The position numbers were made by a program, and so were the translations under genes. From IMG/VR virus record IMGVR_UViG_3300030012_001865, positions 30,286 through 94,285 of that record: a stretch of 64,000 nt of DNA; one strand, written 5' to 3'. This document shows positions 55,101 through 64,000 of this stretch, one piece after another (position 1 is the stretch's first letter; the number at the start of each line of letters is the position of its first letter). The notes under the pieces were generated by a model. It saw nothing but the letters and a program-made list of their open reading frames with translations, made no database searches and was not told the DNA's origin. This stretch comes from a virus.

Positions 55101-56954
55101 ATATTCTATAGCAGCTTTTGCTCTACTGTTAATTCCAGATCTACTAAGATCTCTTGCTTGAGTTCCAACAACTGATAATATTCCATCAGGATTAGGCTTT
55201 AAACCTCTGGTTTGTGAAGCAAACCTTTGCGCTGACTGAAGATAACGCCCAAAAGAATCTAAACTCATTTGAGGCATGTTTAGTAAATTTCCAGGCTGAT
55301 CTTTTGCTTGTTGAATTACTTTATTAATGTTTTTATTCATTGCTGCTGTCCCTCTAACAGCATCTAATTTTGTAGGTATATCAAATTTTGGAATTGGGTC
55401 CTTATAACTTTTTTGTAAAGTCTCTGCTCCTTCTTGAACTCTTTTATTAAAACCTCTTCCTGTAAAAAAGTTTTGAGGTAAATAATCTGTGAGCCTATCT
55501 CGTTCACTAGCTATTTGTCTGTTTATAGGTTCAGACATTTTACCAAATATTTTTTCTGCACTTCTTCTAAATGGAGATACACCTCCTGACATCCCACCTC
55601 TTAAAGAAAATCCTTGTCCTTGTGCTTTAAAAGGATTAGTTATTGGGGGCAAACTAAATTTATTAGGATTATTGTTTTTTATATACTCACCCCAAACATC
55701 AAGTGCTTTTTGTTCAGTTTTATTAGTAGCTCCTCTTTCAGCTATTCTTGCAATACTATTATTGGCAGTTATTGGTCTATTTAAAATTTCATTAACACCT
55801 TTTCCTCTATAGAATTTTGCTGCATCAGCAGGATTATGTGTAAGAGCAAATGCATTTAGATTATTTCTTAAAGCAACTTTCTCACTCATAGTTACACCTG
55901 GAAGATTTCTACTATTGTAGTTGGCAGCATTTAAAAGTTCTTCTGGATTTTTATATCGATCCATTAAACTTAAAGAATGATCTATCCTATCTCCTATTAC
56001 TCTTTTAGATGCAGGAACTACTTTATTAAATCGGCTACCTATAGGTATACTTATATTTTTATTGTAGTAAACATTAGAAAGACTTCCTACATCTTTTACA
56101 AAGTCAAAAGGAGCATCATCAACACCTCTAGCAATATTTGCTATATTTAAATGAGGATACGCTTCTTGTAAAGCTGACAGGCTACCTGCTTGTCCAAGCA
56201 TATTATCTGTGCCTGCAAATGATTTTCCTGTAAGTAAACTATATCCAGAATCACCCACTTCATCAAAGCCAGCAATTTTTGCTTTTCCTTTTTGTCTTTT
56301 TCCTTGCGCCTCAACAGAATCAGAAATAAAATTTCTAACATTAGTTCTTAGCTGAGGATTTCCTTTTAATCCTCCTGTAGCATTAATATCTTCAAGCATT
56401 CTTAGCATTCCATCTTGAGTAGTGCCATACTCATCAAGATTTTTCAAACGTCTTTTAGCTTCTCTGTAAGGCTTACCTTTAAGAAGTCCTTTAGTTCCTT
56501 GAAAAGCGCTTTTAAGTGCTTTATACATAGGAGCAGATACAAATGGTAAAGATGCCATTGCAGTATACATAGCAGCTTCTTCTTTGTCTCCTCTGGCTAA
56601 TGCATCAGATACATAATAAGCATCTAGTGCTTCTCCTGTATAAGGAAGAGAACCCAGTAGCATTTCACCCATGAATTTTGCATTACCTTCAACATCGGTA
56701 AGCTGATCTAACATGCCTGTATAGCCTTGTATATTGCTGTACATTGGGTTTCCTCCAGGGTACATTCGATTAAAGAATCCTAATTGTGGGTTGTTTCTAG
56801 GAGCAACATCAGTAAGAGTTATTTCATTTAACATATTGCTTACAGGACCTGATCCGCCATAAGGCACTAATACATCATTTCCATAAAACTGATATGGAGG
56901 CTGTGTATTCTTACCGCCTTCTTGATATTTAAATTTTTTTCTTACTTTAGCCAT
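52122..56954 (-). CDS. Modular cargo protein with repeated K(Y/A)xxG(G/M) motifs
   Basis: ATG 56954 (MAKVRKKFKYQEGG); EAESGE...G..H.KGGV module typical of the crAss-like post-muzzle gene; Cys-free. Confidence 0.72.
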   Translation of the reverse strand: MAKVRKKFKYQEGGKNTQPPYQFYGNDVLVPYGGSGPVSNMLNEITLTDVAPRNNPQLGFFNRMYPGGNPMYSNIQGYTGMLDQLTDVEGNAKFMGEMLLGSLPYTGEALDAYYVSDALARGDKEEAAMYTAMASLPFVSAPMYKALKSAFQGTKGLLKGKPYREAKRRLKNLDEYGTTQDGMLRMLEDINATGGLKGNPQLRTNVRNFISDSVEAQGKRQKGKAKIAGFDEVGDSGYSLLTGKSFAGTDNMLGQAGSLSALQEAYPHLNIANIARGVDDAPFDFVKDVGSLSNVYYNKNISIPIGSRFNKVVPASKRVIGDRIDHSLSLMDRYKNPEELLNAANYNSRNLPGVTMSEKVALRNNLNAFALTHNPADAAKFYRGKGVNEILNRPITANNSIARIAERGATNKTEQKALDVWGEYIKNNNPNKFSLPPITNPFKAQGQGFSLRGGMSGGVSPFRRSAEKIFGKMSEPINRQIASERDRLTDYLPQNFFTGRGFNKRVQEGAETLQKSYKDPIPKFDIPTKLDAVRGTAAMNKNINKVIQQAKDQPGNLLNMPQMSLDSFGRYLQSAQRFASQTRGLKPNPDGILSVVGTQARDLSRSGINSRAKAAIEYFKDLKKGGKLTETQSTQLDKLLKMYKGDGPLFRADGSITAAGRAKEATAIHLGDLRGGQGIKNLANVIDPEEEGLSLLFNDSNFGLKMLDNIDNIELKNLNKRIDRYNTTAAKSPKSMIQIPKAKFIGSGTTKKIMVDAPQFRAIPSNPSAYNFPQYNAAIKDDAYGYLLKGAGLYGGAGLATYGAGRGLYNLIDSLGPSPEEAEAMTIQSMRNRGIRMGMPGAETFDPYNDSEYQNFRRYEDSLFNPNFDPMKDTIYKYARGGFFKRTKAGRHLRDAAVASVNTGLSPIESALGTDFGFDEKYGYRTKFGETAGAIGEGIGSAVGQVGKQALNVAVPGSGMALDAAGQALNASGVGQPRSTAGNIGSAVGNLYGMQNPQAVQNMSGIFMGSPSPYAKYGTMMYKYEEGGITQSPDIEAESGELLLTQGGQIQSLNPNAGLNNLGEGAYEIKGDQPHSKGGVDMVLPPGETTVVSNLQGRSSRVKALYKKIAEANEKIKSTDFIERQQGELEKRNLMAQVQEEVDEQQKNNGNKTNMAKRGGTYMKAKNGMINTNPPFYVDYSKNSLVGMTGEGPTYSRDALRFNIPDSMTGIYSLPDRSIMQPQNLIGGRYRGHSRIPIEQQKDRMSIRFRNKPPKAQEGMFNFNFPITGPYSTASGALMSGGTMLPGMPEGIGSFDMQVGQLNEDTMQTDMFPQFNNPQTMSLFGTMPQDEIVTSGTSTGDNQIDLGNYTPATDIFSNNTNTNTNTNTTVNNTNTNNTNTTNTNTNTNNTGDGNKFGLKDLLPYASSIYNTVGGIAGIINPPELLNASDYQLSGRMRPNKIDPYSQISPSLQIAATALGANPDPRRRQAMASSMAPNIGQQFARTNYLNRQLENEAQRFNFGLDRYNKGVESRVDQMNMGIQAMPYQMFQEGIGQAANTALAVERNNLFRDLSNTARFKEGNFNIDFGQMYGNNVSPGQIASSPGAGGTGGRYMTAGNRIFDTQTGKFIS
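52785..52886 (-). repeat. Imperfect hexamer microsatellite encoding an Asn/Thr linker
   Basis: (TTAGTA/TTAGTG)n on + strand; NNTNTNTNTNTTVNNTNTNNTNTTNTNTNTNNT. Confidence 0.85.
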
Positions 56955-56960
56955 AATCCG

Positions 56961-56968
56961 CAAATATA
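56961..56968 (-). promoter_or_regulatory. Putative -7 box (TATATTTG) for the cargo operon
   Basis: Exact TAnnTTTG in the short gap, ending 6 nt before ATG 56954. Confidence 0.5.
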
Positions 56969-56972
56969 ATAA

Positions 56973-59900
56973 TTATCTCTTAGAAACCCTAAATTTAGTT
57001 TTGACGTAATAGGTTTGTAATTTTCCCCCAGTCTTATTATCGTACCTTAAATTTATTTTTAAATATTTATCTCTTAATCTTAGTGGGGTACCACCTTTTA
57101 TTACTCTAGGTAAAGCAGCTTTCCAAGTTCGTTCTCTTCTTTTTATGTTTTGAATTACTTCTTCAGGTTCTTCTACCTCATCTACAGTAATGTCAGGTAA
57201 TTGCAAAGGTCCATATAAATCAGTGGCAACTATTTGGTACGAGTTTGTACACAGAAGTTTGTTCCAAGTGCCGTTTACATCACCCGATTGTCCTAAAATA
57301 TTTGTTAGTTTTGTATACATTTCTATATTATCAAATACTTTTGTTTCGGAAGGACCTTTATTTACTAAGAAAGTAATACTACTATCATAAACATCACCAT
57401 ACCAAGAAGCTCTTGGGGCTGTCAAGGATTCAATCTCATTGTGTATCCAAATTTCATTATCATGTACCCTAAATACTTCTTCTACTGCCTCATCAAACTC
57501 GTAATTTAATGGTCTTACACTTAACAATTTGTCTTGTGTATTTATAAACATAGGAGTAGCAAATGAATATTTAGAAGTAAATGAACCTGTAGTTTCACTG
57601 TAAACTAATGTTTCAGTTCTAAACAGTTCCCACCATCCTTTATCACCATCATCAACAAACTTTCTTTCTAAAAATGAGAATAATACTTCATTATTACTTG
57701 CATCGTATCCTGTAGTTATACCGTGGTATAAAAATGCATTGTCACCGTAATTAGTACCTTGTCCAGTATAACTATTATAGTTAGTAGCTGCAAACTGTTT
57801 GTTCTCTAACCTAGATTCAAAATAACTTTTTATACCTTTAACTCTAGACAATTCTAAAGTTCCCTCGTTACTAATTCTATAAGCAGCATTATTTAATATA
57901 TCTACCCAGTATAATCCTTTAGTTGTTGCTAGTACAGATCTTTGATGTTTACTACCAATTTCTGTAGACAGGTATCTATGATCTTGTATAACGTCACCTG
58001 TACCTAATATAAGAGAAGATTGGTCTGTAGTTGTTGTAACAGCTACAGGATTAATAGATAACATTCCTACACCCCTATCTTGTAAAAAGAACATGTTATC
58101 AGAAAAATTAATTATTTTATTTATAGGACCGTATTCTCCTTCTACATCTCTATAGTTATCAAGTCTAAATTCTTTCCAGCTATCTTTTAAATCTCCATTT
58201 ACTTTTATATCAGAGTATAAAACTCTAGAATCATACTGATCTGTTTCTACATAGTCTAATGTTCTAGGATAGAATTCTAATAAATCATTTTCTGCAGAAT
58301 ATACATTTTGATATATGTACTGATCTAACTGATGGTTATCAGTTTCGTTTCCTGTAAATCCTGTGTCTACATTTTTAGCTGCAAAGTGATAACCTTGTCT
58401 TAACCCTAAATTAATTGTACTCTCAACTGGTATAGCATAAGAAAAACTATGTCTCTTAGTTGGTCCACTAGTGTTATTACTATAATTATTATCAGGAGCT
58501 TGTCCACCTCTCCATTTTCGTAGTTTTTGAAAATCATAAAAACTAACAAAAATATCTCCGCCGTAAACTTCTACAGGCTCACCTTCTTGGTCTACTGGTA
58601 TAAAGCTATTTGCATTTATATATTTATTTCTACTTCTATTATCATATCCTCGTCCGCCATATTGAGTCTCCATAATATCTCTTCTCCAAGAAAGTAAAAG
58701 TTTTTCTTGCACTCTGTGCCTTTCATACGCAGCAGGATAGGCGCCGTTTGCGCATGTACATACATCTGCTGCAGTAGAACCGTCAAAATAACTTGTTGCA
58801 AGGTTGTTGTCTCCTACATCACCATCATTAAAATATATTTGATTTTGGTAAGTCTCGGCATTCCATCCTGGATCAGGTTGGTTATTAAATAATCCAGGAT
58901 TTATCCAGTAAGACCAATATGGAAAAGTTACAGCTATAGGGTTATCTTCAGTATTAGGTAAAATAACATCTCCTAACCATGTAGAACCTAACGATCCTAC
59001 GTAAGGTGTACCAGTATTAGCACGCGTACCATTACCATTAAATTGTATAAACAATGTATCACACCCAACACTATAAACATCTACATCTGTATTACCATTT
59101 ACTTCTACTCCTACGTTATTAATACCTCTAGGCAAGTTTGAGTCAAATGTTAATGATGCTCCTGAGGCCCAAAACCTAGCGTCGTTAGGTTTAAAGAAAT
59201 CTACACTTGCAAGATCATTCTCTAGAGTGTTTCCAGGGCCAAAAATATATGGCACATTTATATTTGTGTTAAAAGTAATCATTTGATGTGAGTACATTTT
59301 TCTATAATAATCATCATCTGTTCCTTCAGTCAGCCCTCCATGTAGAAAATGATTTTCCCATGCATTTCTAGAAGCACCATTAGTTAAATTACCTGCAACT
59401 TCTACCCAATCACAAGCACCTGCTGTAGGATACTCTCCTTTAAAAACAAAATCAGGAGAGTCCATACTCATATGAGTGCTCCATATCATACCATGATCAG
59501 TTCTTTCAGATGTGTCTCCATTATTATGTGCCCATGTAGCCATGTATGCACTGTGTGCTAATCTAAAAGTACTACCTATATTTTCTCCTTGGCTTGCAAA
59601 TAAATAAAGATAAGATCCCATTCCCTGCCCAAAGACAGATCTATCAATGTCAGTTCTTTCAACTCTAACTATACTATATCCTGAGACTTTATTTTTAATT
59701 GACTGCGGTAAATTAACAGTAAACTCTATACCTAAAACATATAAAGAGTGAGTGTCAATTGTATCATTTCTACCATAACCTGCGTTTAATGTTGTGTTAA
59801 TTCCTTCTGTAAAGGATACAAGCTCTCCCTCAGCACTCCAACCACTAAAAGCTGCACCGCTTTGTGATCCTGTTTCTTGATACGGCGTTCCTTGAGCAGC

Positions 59901-61619
59901 TTGTGTTTTACTTCTAGTTTGAGATAAAGTATAATTGAAAAGAGATCCGCTACCTGTTATATCAAAATCTTTAAATCTTGGAAATCTTATATCTCCTACC
60001 CAATTTACAAATCCAGGATTACCTTTTTTATCATACAATACAATACCAAATCTGTAAATTTCATCTCTTTGATACCCTTTATATTTTTCAACGGCAAGAG
60101 GATTTTTATAATCTAACCAGTCCACCCCTACACCACAGTCAGTAGCAGAAGATGGTTTTGTTTCTATAAACGGAGGAGTTGTTGCAGGATCTCCTGACAC
60201 AAACTCGTCTCCATCAAATTCTTTTTTAACAAATCTATAAGAAACATTAGGTCCCGTACCTCCAAGTATATATCCATTATCTTGATACACATATCTTTTA
60301 TCATTATCTGTAACCGCAAGTAAGTTTTCGTTATAAGGATTATCAGCATCTAAAAGTAATTGTAATTGTTCAGCAGTGTAATTCTCTTGATTGTAGTTTG
60401 TAGGATCAAACTCAGTATCACTTACATAAGTTGTAACATTACCTTCACCCATTGGGTGAGTATTTCCATCATCTCTTTTATACCTATATGCTCTAGCATT
60501 AAACTCTAACTCTTCTAAAGGAGTTATAACATTACCTAAAAATAATCTATTATCTTTTGATGTTATTGTTTTAGCTCTTTTTATATTGTAGGTAAATGAA
60601 GTTATTTCTGCTAAGCTTATTAAAGAAACAATGTCAGTGTTAGTACTGTGTAATGCTGTAATAGTAGGACTACCAATAGTTTTTCTACTAAATATGTAAG
60701 AGCTGCTAACTCCCTCAATAGAAGATTTATAAATAGCAGCAAATTCAATAACACTATAATCTGTGTCTACATTTTCTACTTGTAACCTTACACCTTTATT
60801 ACAAATAGTTCCTGGTGCTACACCTTCATACTGACTAATATCTTGTGGATCTTCTGTGTAAGTCCAGTAAGGATCTCCTAGTTCAGATGCTGCTACTACA
60901 TGTAAAAATCCTGTAAAAGGAGAGAATCTACTTTGAGATCCTGATTTAGTAACAAGTCTGTATGCATACTGATACATTCCTGCAGGAAGACTACCGCTGT
61001 TTACAACTTCTAATATTTCAGGTTTACTAAATGTAGTAGACGGAGATAACTGAAGATCGTCAGGCTGAACTGACATTACATTTGGGTCAGCTACATTAAT
61101 AGTTCTAACTGGATTAAAGTTATCTGTAAAATATAATCTTTGCACCCCTTGTGTTTCAAATCTACCCACAGCTTCTATAGGATGCTGCACACTAAGATTT
61201 AAAAATTGATTTTCATATATTAAATTTATGTTAGTAACTTCGTCTGTTACAAGATCAAAAGTTATTTTAAATATACCTCCTCCCGCCATAGATGTGGGAT
61301 TTAGTTCTCCTGTTCCAACTATGTTTCCTGGGTTTTTATCAAAATTATATGTAGCAAAAATATACAGATCATTTCTAATAGAAGCATGTCCTATAGGCAC
61401 TGCAGGAACAGGGTCATCTCCAGGAGTACGTGGAGGTAATTCTAAATCAAAAGAAAACAAATTACCTTTAACATTAACATTAATACCAGACTCTCCTGGA
61501 TTTTCGTTTGCTATAATACGTATATTTTTAGAGTCTAAGTAGCTCCCTTCTACAGGACTTAAATCTCCAGGGTCATTTAGTATACCTTTTGTAAATGTAT
61601 TTACTTGTTGATCTCTCAT
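56973..61619 (-). CDS. Tail muzzle/stabilization protein (P22 gp10-like)
   Basis: 1548 aa; NTFTKG..D, LYFTD..NP.R.IN, KDNRLF.GN, GYQRDEIYRFGIV, GGD.F, YGPIN, RERTW, RLRDKY. Confidence 0.85.
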   Translation of the reverse strand: MRDQQVNTFTKGILNDPGDLSPVEGSYLDSKNIRIIANENPGESGINVNVKGNLFSFDLELPPRTPGDDPVPAVPIGHASIRNDLYIFATYNFDKNPGNIVGTGELNPTSMAGGGIFKITFDLVTDEVTNINLIYENQFLNLSVQHPIEAVGRFETQGVQRLYFTDNFNPVRTINVADPNVMSVQPDDLQLSPSTTFSKPEILEVVNSGSLPAGMYQYAYRLVTKSGSQSRFSPFTGFLHVVAASELGDPYWTYTEDPQDISQYEGVAPGTICNKGVRLQVENVDTDYSVIEFAAIYKSSIEGVSSSYIFSRKTIGSPTITALHSTNTDIVSLISLAEITSFTYNIKRAKTITSKDNRLFLGNVITPLEELEFNARAYRYKRDDGNTHPMGEGNVTTYVSDTEFDPTNYNQENYTAEQLQLLLDADNPYNENLLAVTDNDKRYVYQDNGYILGGTGPNVSYRFVKKEFDGDEFVSGDPATTPPFIETKPSSATDCGVGVDWLDYKNPLAVEKYKGYQRDEIYRFGIVLYDKKGNPGFVNWVGDIRFPRFKDFDITGSGSLFNYTLSQTRSKTQAAQGTPYQETGSQSGAAFSGWSAEGELVSFTEGINTTLNAGYGRNDTIDTHSLYVLGIEFTVNLPQSIKNKVSGYSIVRVERTDIDRSVFGQGMGSYLYLFASQGENIGSTFRLAHSAYMATWAHNNGDTSERTDHGMIWSTHMSMDSPDFVFKGEYPTAGACDWVEVAGNLTNGASRNAWENHFLHGGLTEGTDDDYYRKMYSHQMITFNTNINVPYIFGPGNTLENDLASVDFFKPNDARFWASGASLTFDSNLPRGINNVGVEVNGNTDVDVYSVGCDTLFIQFNGNGTRANTGTPYVGSLGSTWLGDVILPNTEDNPIAVTFPYWSYWINPGLFNNQPDPGWNAETYQNQIYFNDGDVGDNNLATSYFDGSTAADVCTCANGAYPAAYERHRVQEKLLLSWRRDIMETQYGGRGYDNRSRNKYINANSFIPVDQEGEPVEVYGGDIFVSFYDFQKLRKWRGGQAPDNNYSNNTSGPTKRHSFSYAIPVESTINLGLRQGYHFAAKNVDTGFTGNETDNHQLDQYIYQNVYSAENDLLEFYPRTLDYVETDQYDSRVLYSDIKVNGDLKDSWKEFRLDNYRDVEGEYGPINKIINFSDNMFFLQDRGVGMLSINPVAVTTTTDQSSLILGTGDVIQDHRYLSTEIGSKHQRSVLATTKGLYWVDILNNAAYRISNEGTLELSRVKGIKSYFESRLENKQFAATNYNSYTGQGTNYGDNAFLYHGITTGYDASNNEVLFSFLERKFVDDGDKGWWELFRTETLVYSETTGSFTSKYSFATPMFINTQDKLLSVRPLNYEFDEAVEEVFRVHDNEIWIHNEIESLTAPRASWYGDVYDSSITFLVNKGPSETKVFDNIEMYTKLTNILGQSGDVNGTWNKLLCTNSYQIVATDLYGPLQLPDITVDEVEEPEEVIQNIKRRERTWKAALPRVIKGGTPLRLRDKYLKINLRYDNKTGGKLQTYYVKTKFRVSKR

Positions 61620-62518
61620 TATCTATTAAAGTTTCTTCTTAATTCTGGTTTACCTAATGATCTAAAAAATGTTTCGTGGTGATTTACTTTAGGAAGCAAT
61701 CTCATCACTTGATTTTTAATACCTTCCATTTGATCAATGTTAGGCATTTTAGCTTTATTACCTGCTTGGCCCACATACCATGTCCACTCTTGTTCTGAGT
61801 GTTGGAATACAGGTTGTGCAAGTTCTCCTCTTCTCCACGCAATGTAATCTATCTTCATTGTAAGATATTTTTTAACTGCTAATTGATAGCTTGTATCTTC
61901 TGGTATAAGAGGCAGACCTTCTTCATCTGTAGGTATTGCAAGATATGCCATACACACTTGCCCTTCTTTTACTGACAAAGTAAGATGGTTATTATTAATA
62001 TCAAATGTAATAGGGTTAAGACTAGTATCTATAGAAGCAGTAGTGTCGAATGACATTACACCTGTATGATCTAAGTTTAAATTATCCATTTCTTCTTCAT
62101 CTCTTTGCTCGTAACTAACAGTACCATCTAAATTTGTAGTTTTAACAATGCTACCCCAGTTTCTATCTTTTACTTCTGTAGCTAGATTAGTATAACCTTC
62201 TATACCACAACAAGCGCCATCAAGTAAATGGTGAAAAGTGTCTCCAGAATACTCTGCAGGCATACCATTTACAGCTACTTGCTCTAAGCTATAAAAGTCA
62301 CAAGGTAAATGAGCTCTGTAGTTTGTGATTTCTAAGTTAGGATTATCTCTGTGTCCTGTAACTTTTCTTACATACTGTCTAGGGTTACCTATTAAGTTAA
62401 GAGCTTCTTCTGTCCACTGTATACAATCTACCCACGGCAGCTCAAATTGATAACCGTTGTCAGCATATACTTGCTCCATGATTGCGTTTAATGATATATA
62501 TTTTCCGTTTAATGCCAT
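61619..62518 (-). CDS. Tail tubular/ring protein (P22 gp4-like)
   Basis: ATG 62518 (MALNGKYISL); W..EAL..IG, LPCDF, YLAIPTDEEGLPLIP, W.WYVGQA. Confidence 0.8.
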   Translation of the reverse strand: MALNGKYISLNAIMEQVYADNGYQFELPWVDCIQWTEEALNLIGNPRQYVRKVTGHRDNPNLEITNYRAHLPCDFYSLEQVAVNGMPAEYSGDTFHHLLDGACCGIEGYTNLATEVKDRNWGSIVKTTNLDGTVSYEQRDEEEMDNLNLDHTGVMSFDTTASIDTSLNPITFDINNNHLTLSVKEGQVCMAYLAIPTDEEGLPLIPEDTSYQLAVKKYLTMKIDYIAWRRGELAQPVFQHSEQEWTWYVGQAGNKAKMPNIDQMEGIKNQVMRLLPKVNHHETFFRSLGKPELRRNFNR

Positions 62519-62529
62519 GTTATTATTTA

Positions 62530-64000
62530 TTAAGGTGTTGATTCTATTTCTGCGCTTGTTGTTCCTAAGAATGTACTCCAATCGTATTCTACTACAGTAG
62601 TTACAAACCAATAATTAGAACCAGATATATCGGCAGAACTTTGTATAGATATAGAAACTAACTCAGATGATTCAAAATGTTTAGCGTTATCAAATGCAAA
62701 ATGTAGCACATGACTATCATCATCAGCAGTTACTGTTATAGTTTCTGTTTCTTCTTCTACCCAAGATGCTGTACTAAATGCACTTTGATTTACTGGTCTA
62801 GTATGTATTCCTATCGTTATATCAGCACCAGCAGAGATAAACATTAATCTAAGAGTTAGAGAAACAATTCTACCGTCACAAGGCATAACTACAGCTGTTT
62901 CTTCTTGATATATATAAATTTGTTCGTCTCTTGTTTTAAAAGGTAAATAATGTTTAGTAGTTCCTATGTCATCAAAAAAGTTTTGAAAAAACACTTCTCT
63001 TTGTTTACCTGTTACTATACCTGTAACATTTAAATCTTGAGATATAGTTACTTTATCATCTTCAAATGTAGCTACGGTTACTTCACCACCACCACCTGCA
63101 CTAGCTGTGTTAGCTCTAATCTCAACCGTACCATTTGCAGCTCTATTAGCTAACACTACTTTACCGCTATCAGCACCTAACATAATTCTATTTGTGCCAG
63201 AACCATCAGGATATTGTATAGAAGAAGAAAAGCTGCCTGAATTATTATCGGCTTCTAGTATTATATCAGAGCCAGAGTTCATGTTAAGGTTAGCATTACT
63301 ACCACCAACAGCTATATTACCTCCCGCCATAGTAACAACACCACTACCATCAGATGATATTATTGTATTACCTCCAGAGTCTTTTATGTCGTTACCTGCA
63401 ACAATTATATCTCCTCCAAAATAACTATCACCACCTTGCACATACATAGCATACGAATTAGTAATAGTTTGATTTGTACTTGCTACTGGTGCTCCTTTTA
63501 TATAAATTGTAGAAGCATTTGTAGTTGTTACAGATGAGTTTGTAGCTAATAATCTAGGATTTTCAAAAGTTATGTGATTATAATAACCAGCAGTACCAGA
63601 AGCAGAAGTACTACTATCTGTTATATCCATAGCATCTACGTGTATTGCTACGCCATCTCCACTTGCTGTTACACTTCTATCGCCATCCGTTATTAAACCT
63701 TTCATAGTTATAATACCAGCTAAAGTTTTATCACCTGCTGTTAGGTTTGTAGCTGTATCTGCATTACCTGTAGTATCTTGATTTAGTGTAGGTATATTAG
63801 CAGCATTAATAGTAGCTGTTGCACTTATATCTGTATCCCATCTGTAGTGTTCAGCTGCTACGAAGTTTGCAAGAGAGTCATGATCTATAGTTCCTTGTGT
63901 GGCAACTTGTATTACACCACTGCTATTAACAAACGATGTTGAACCAGTAGTGATACCACCATCTAATTGTAAATTACCTGCTCCAGTTATAGCAGCTATT
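62530..64000 (-). CDS. Tail fibre/receptor-binding protein, start outside the window
   Basis: Frame stays open from 63705 to the window end (IDHDSLANFVAAEHYRW, LNQDTTGNADTAT fibre motifs); Gly/Ser/Thr-rich. Confidence 0.72.
   Translation of the reverse strand, partial: IAAITGAGNLQLDGGITTGSTSFVNSSGVIQVATQGTIDHDSLANFVAAEHYRWDTDISATATINAANIPTLNQDTTGNADTATNLTAGDKTLAGIITMKGLITDGDRSVTASGDGVAIHVDAMDITDSSTSASGTAGYYNHITFENPRLLATNSSVTTTNASTIYIKGAPVASTNQTITNSYAMYVQGGDSYFGGDIIVAGNDIKDSGGNTIISSDGSGVVTMAGGNIAVGGSNANLNMNSGSDIILEADNNSGSFSSSIQYPDGSGTNRIMLGADSGKVVLANRAANGTVEIRANTASAGGGGEVTVATFEDDKVTISQDLNVTGIVTGKQREVFFQNFFDDIGTTKHYLPFKTRDEQIYIYQEETAVVMPCDGRIVSLTLRLMFISAGADITIGIHTRPVNQSAFSTASWVEEETETITVTADDDSHVLHFAFDNAKHFESSELVSISIQSSADISGSNYWFVTTVVEYDWSTFLGTTSAEIESTP

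Noticed and set aside
1-64000. Stop-codon reassignment as seen in some gut crAss-like phages
   Set aside because: Large genes are uninterrupted in the standard code, TAG and TGA both serve as real stops (e.g. terL TAG, groES TGA), and no suppressor tRNA is seen
62530-64000. Diversity-generating retroelement target in the tail fibre
   Set aside because: No reverse transcriptase or template/variable repeat pair visible in the window

Overview
This is a 64-kb piece of a crAss-like phage (Crassvirales) in the standard genetic code. The host is probably Bacteroidota/Flavobacteriia, inferred from TAnnTTTG promoters and A-rich, SD-less translation starts. There are two opposed blocks. The late/structural block is on the - strand. 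It runs leftward from ~13.8 kb (Cas4-like nuclease, IHF-like, GroES, TerL, portal, scaffold, major capsid, ring and auxiliary capsid proteins). It also runs leftward from 64 kb to 32.9 kb (tail fibre, tail tubular, muzzle, five giant ejected cargo proteins including the virion RNA polymerase with a DFDID motif). The early/replication block is on the + strand, 13969-32840 (PolA, SF2 helicase, spore photoproduct lyase-like radical SAM enzyme, DUF932-like, DnaB, AAA ATPase, primase, resolvase, exonuclease, rIIA/rIIB, UDG). The most striking unexplained signals are: (1) about 7,800 residues of cargo protein contain only four cysteines, all at the adjoining termini of three consecutive proteins, suggesting a disulfide-linked head-to-tail ejection chain; (2) a set of structured intergenic RNAs: a D-armless tRNA-like element, a promoter- and terminator-bounded 6S-like RNA candidate, a four-hairpin cluster, and a hairpin whose loop is antisense to the major capsid leader; (3) a cargo protein punctuated by K-Y/A-x-x-G-G/M motifs; (4) an E3-binding (PSBD) domain and an M15 peptidase inside a cargo protein. 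All assignments come from motif recognition by eye; no database searches were run.
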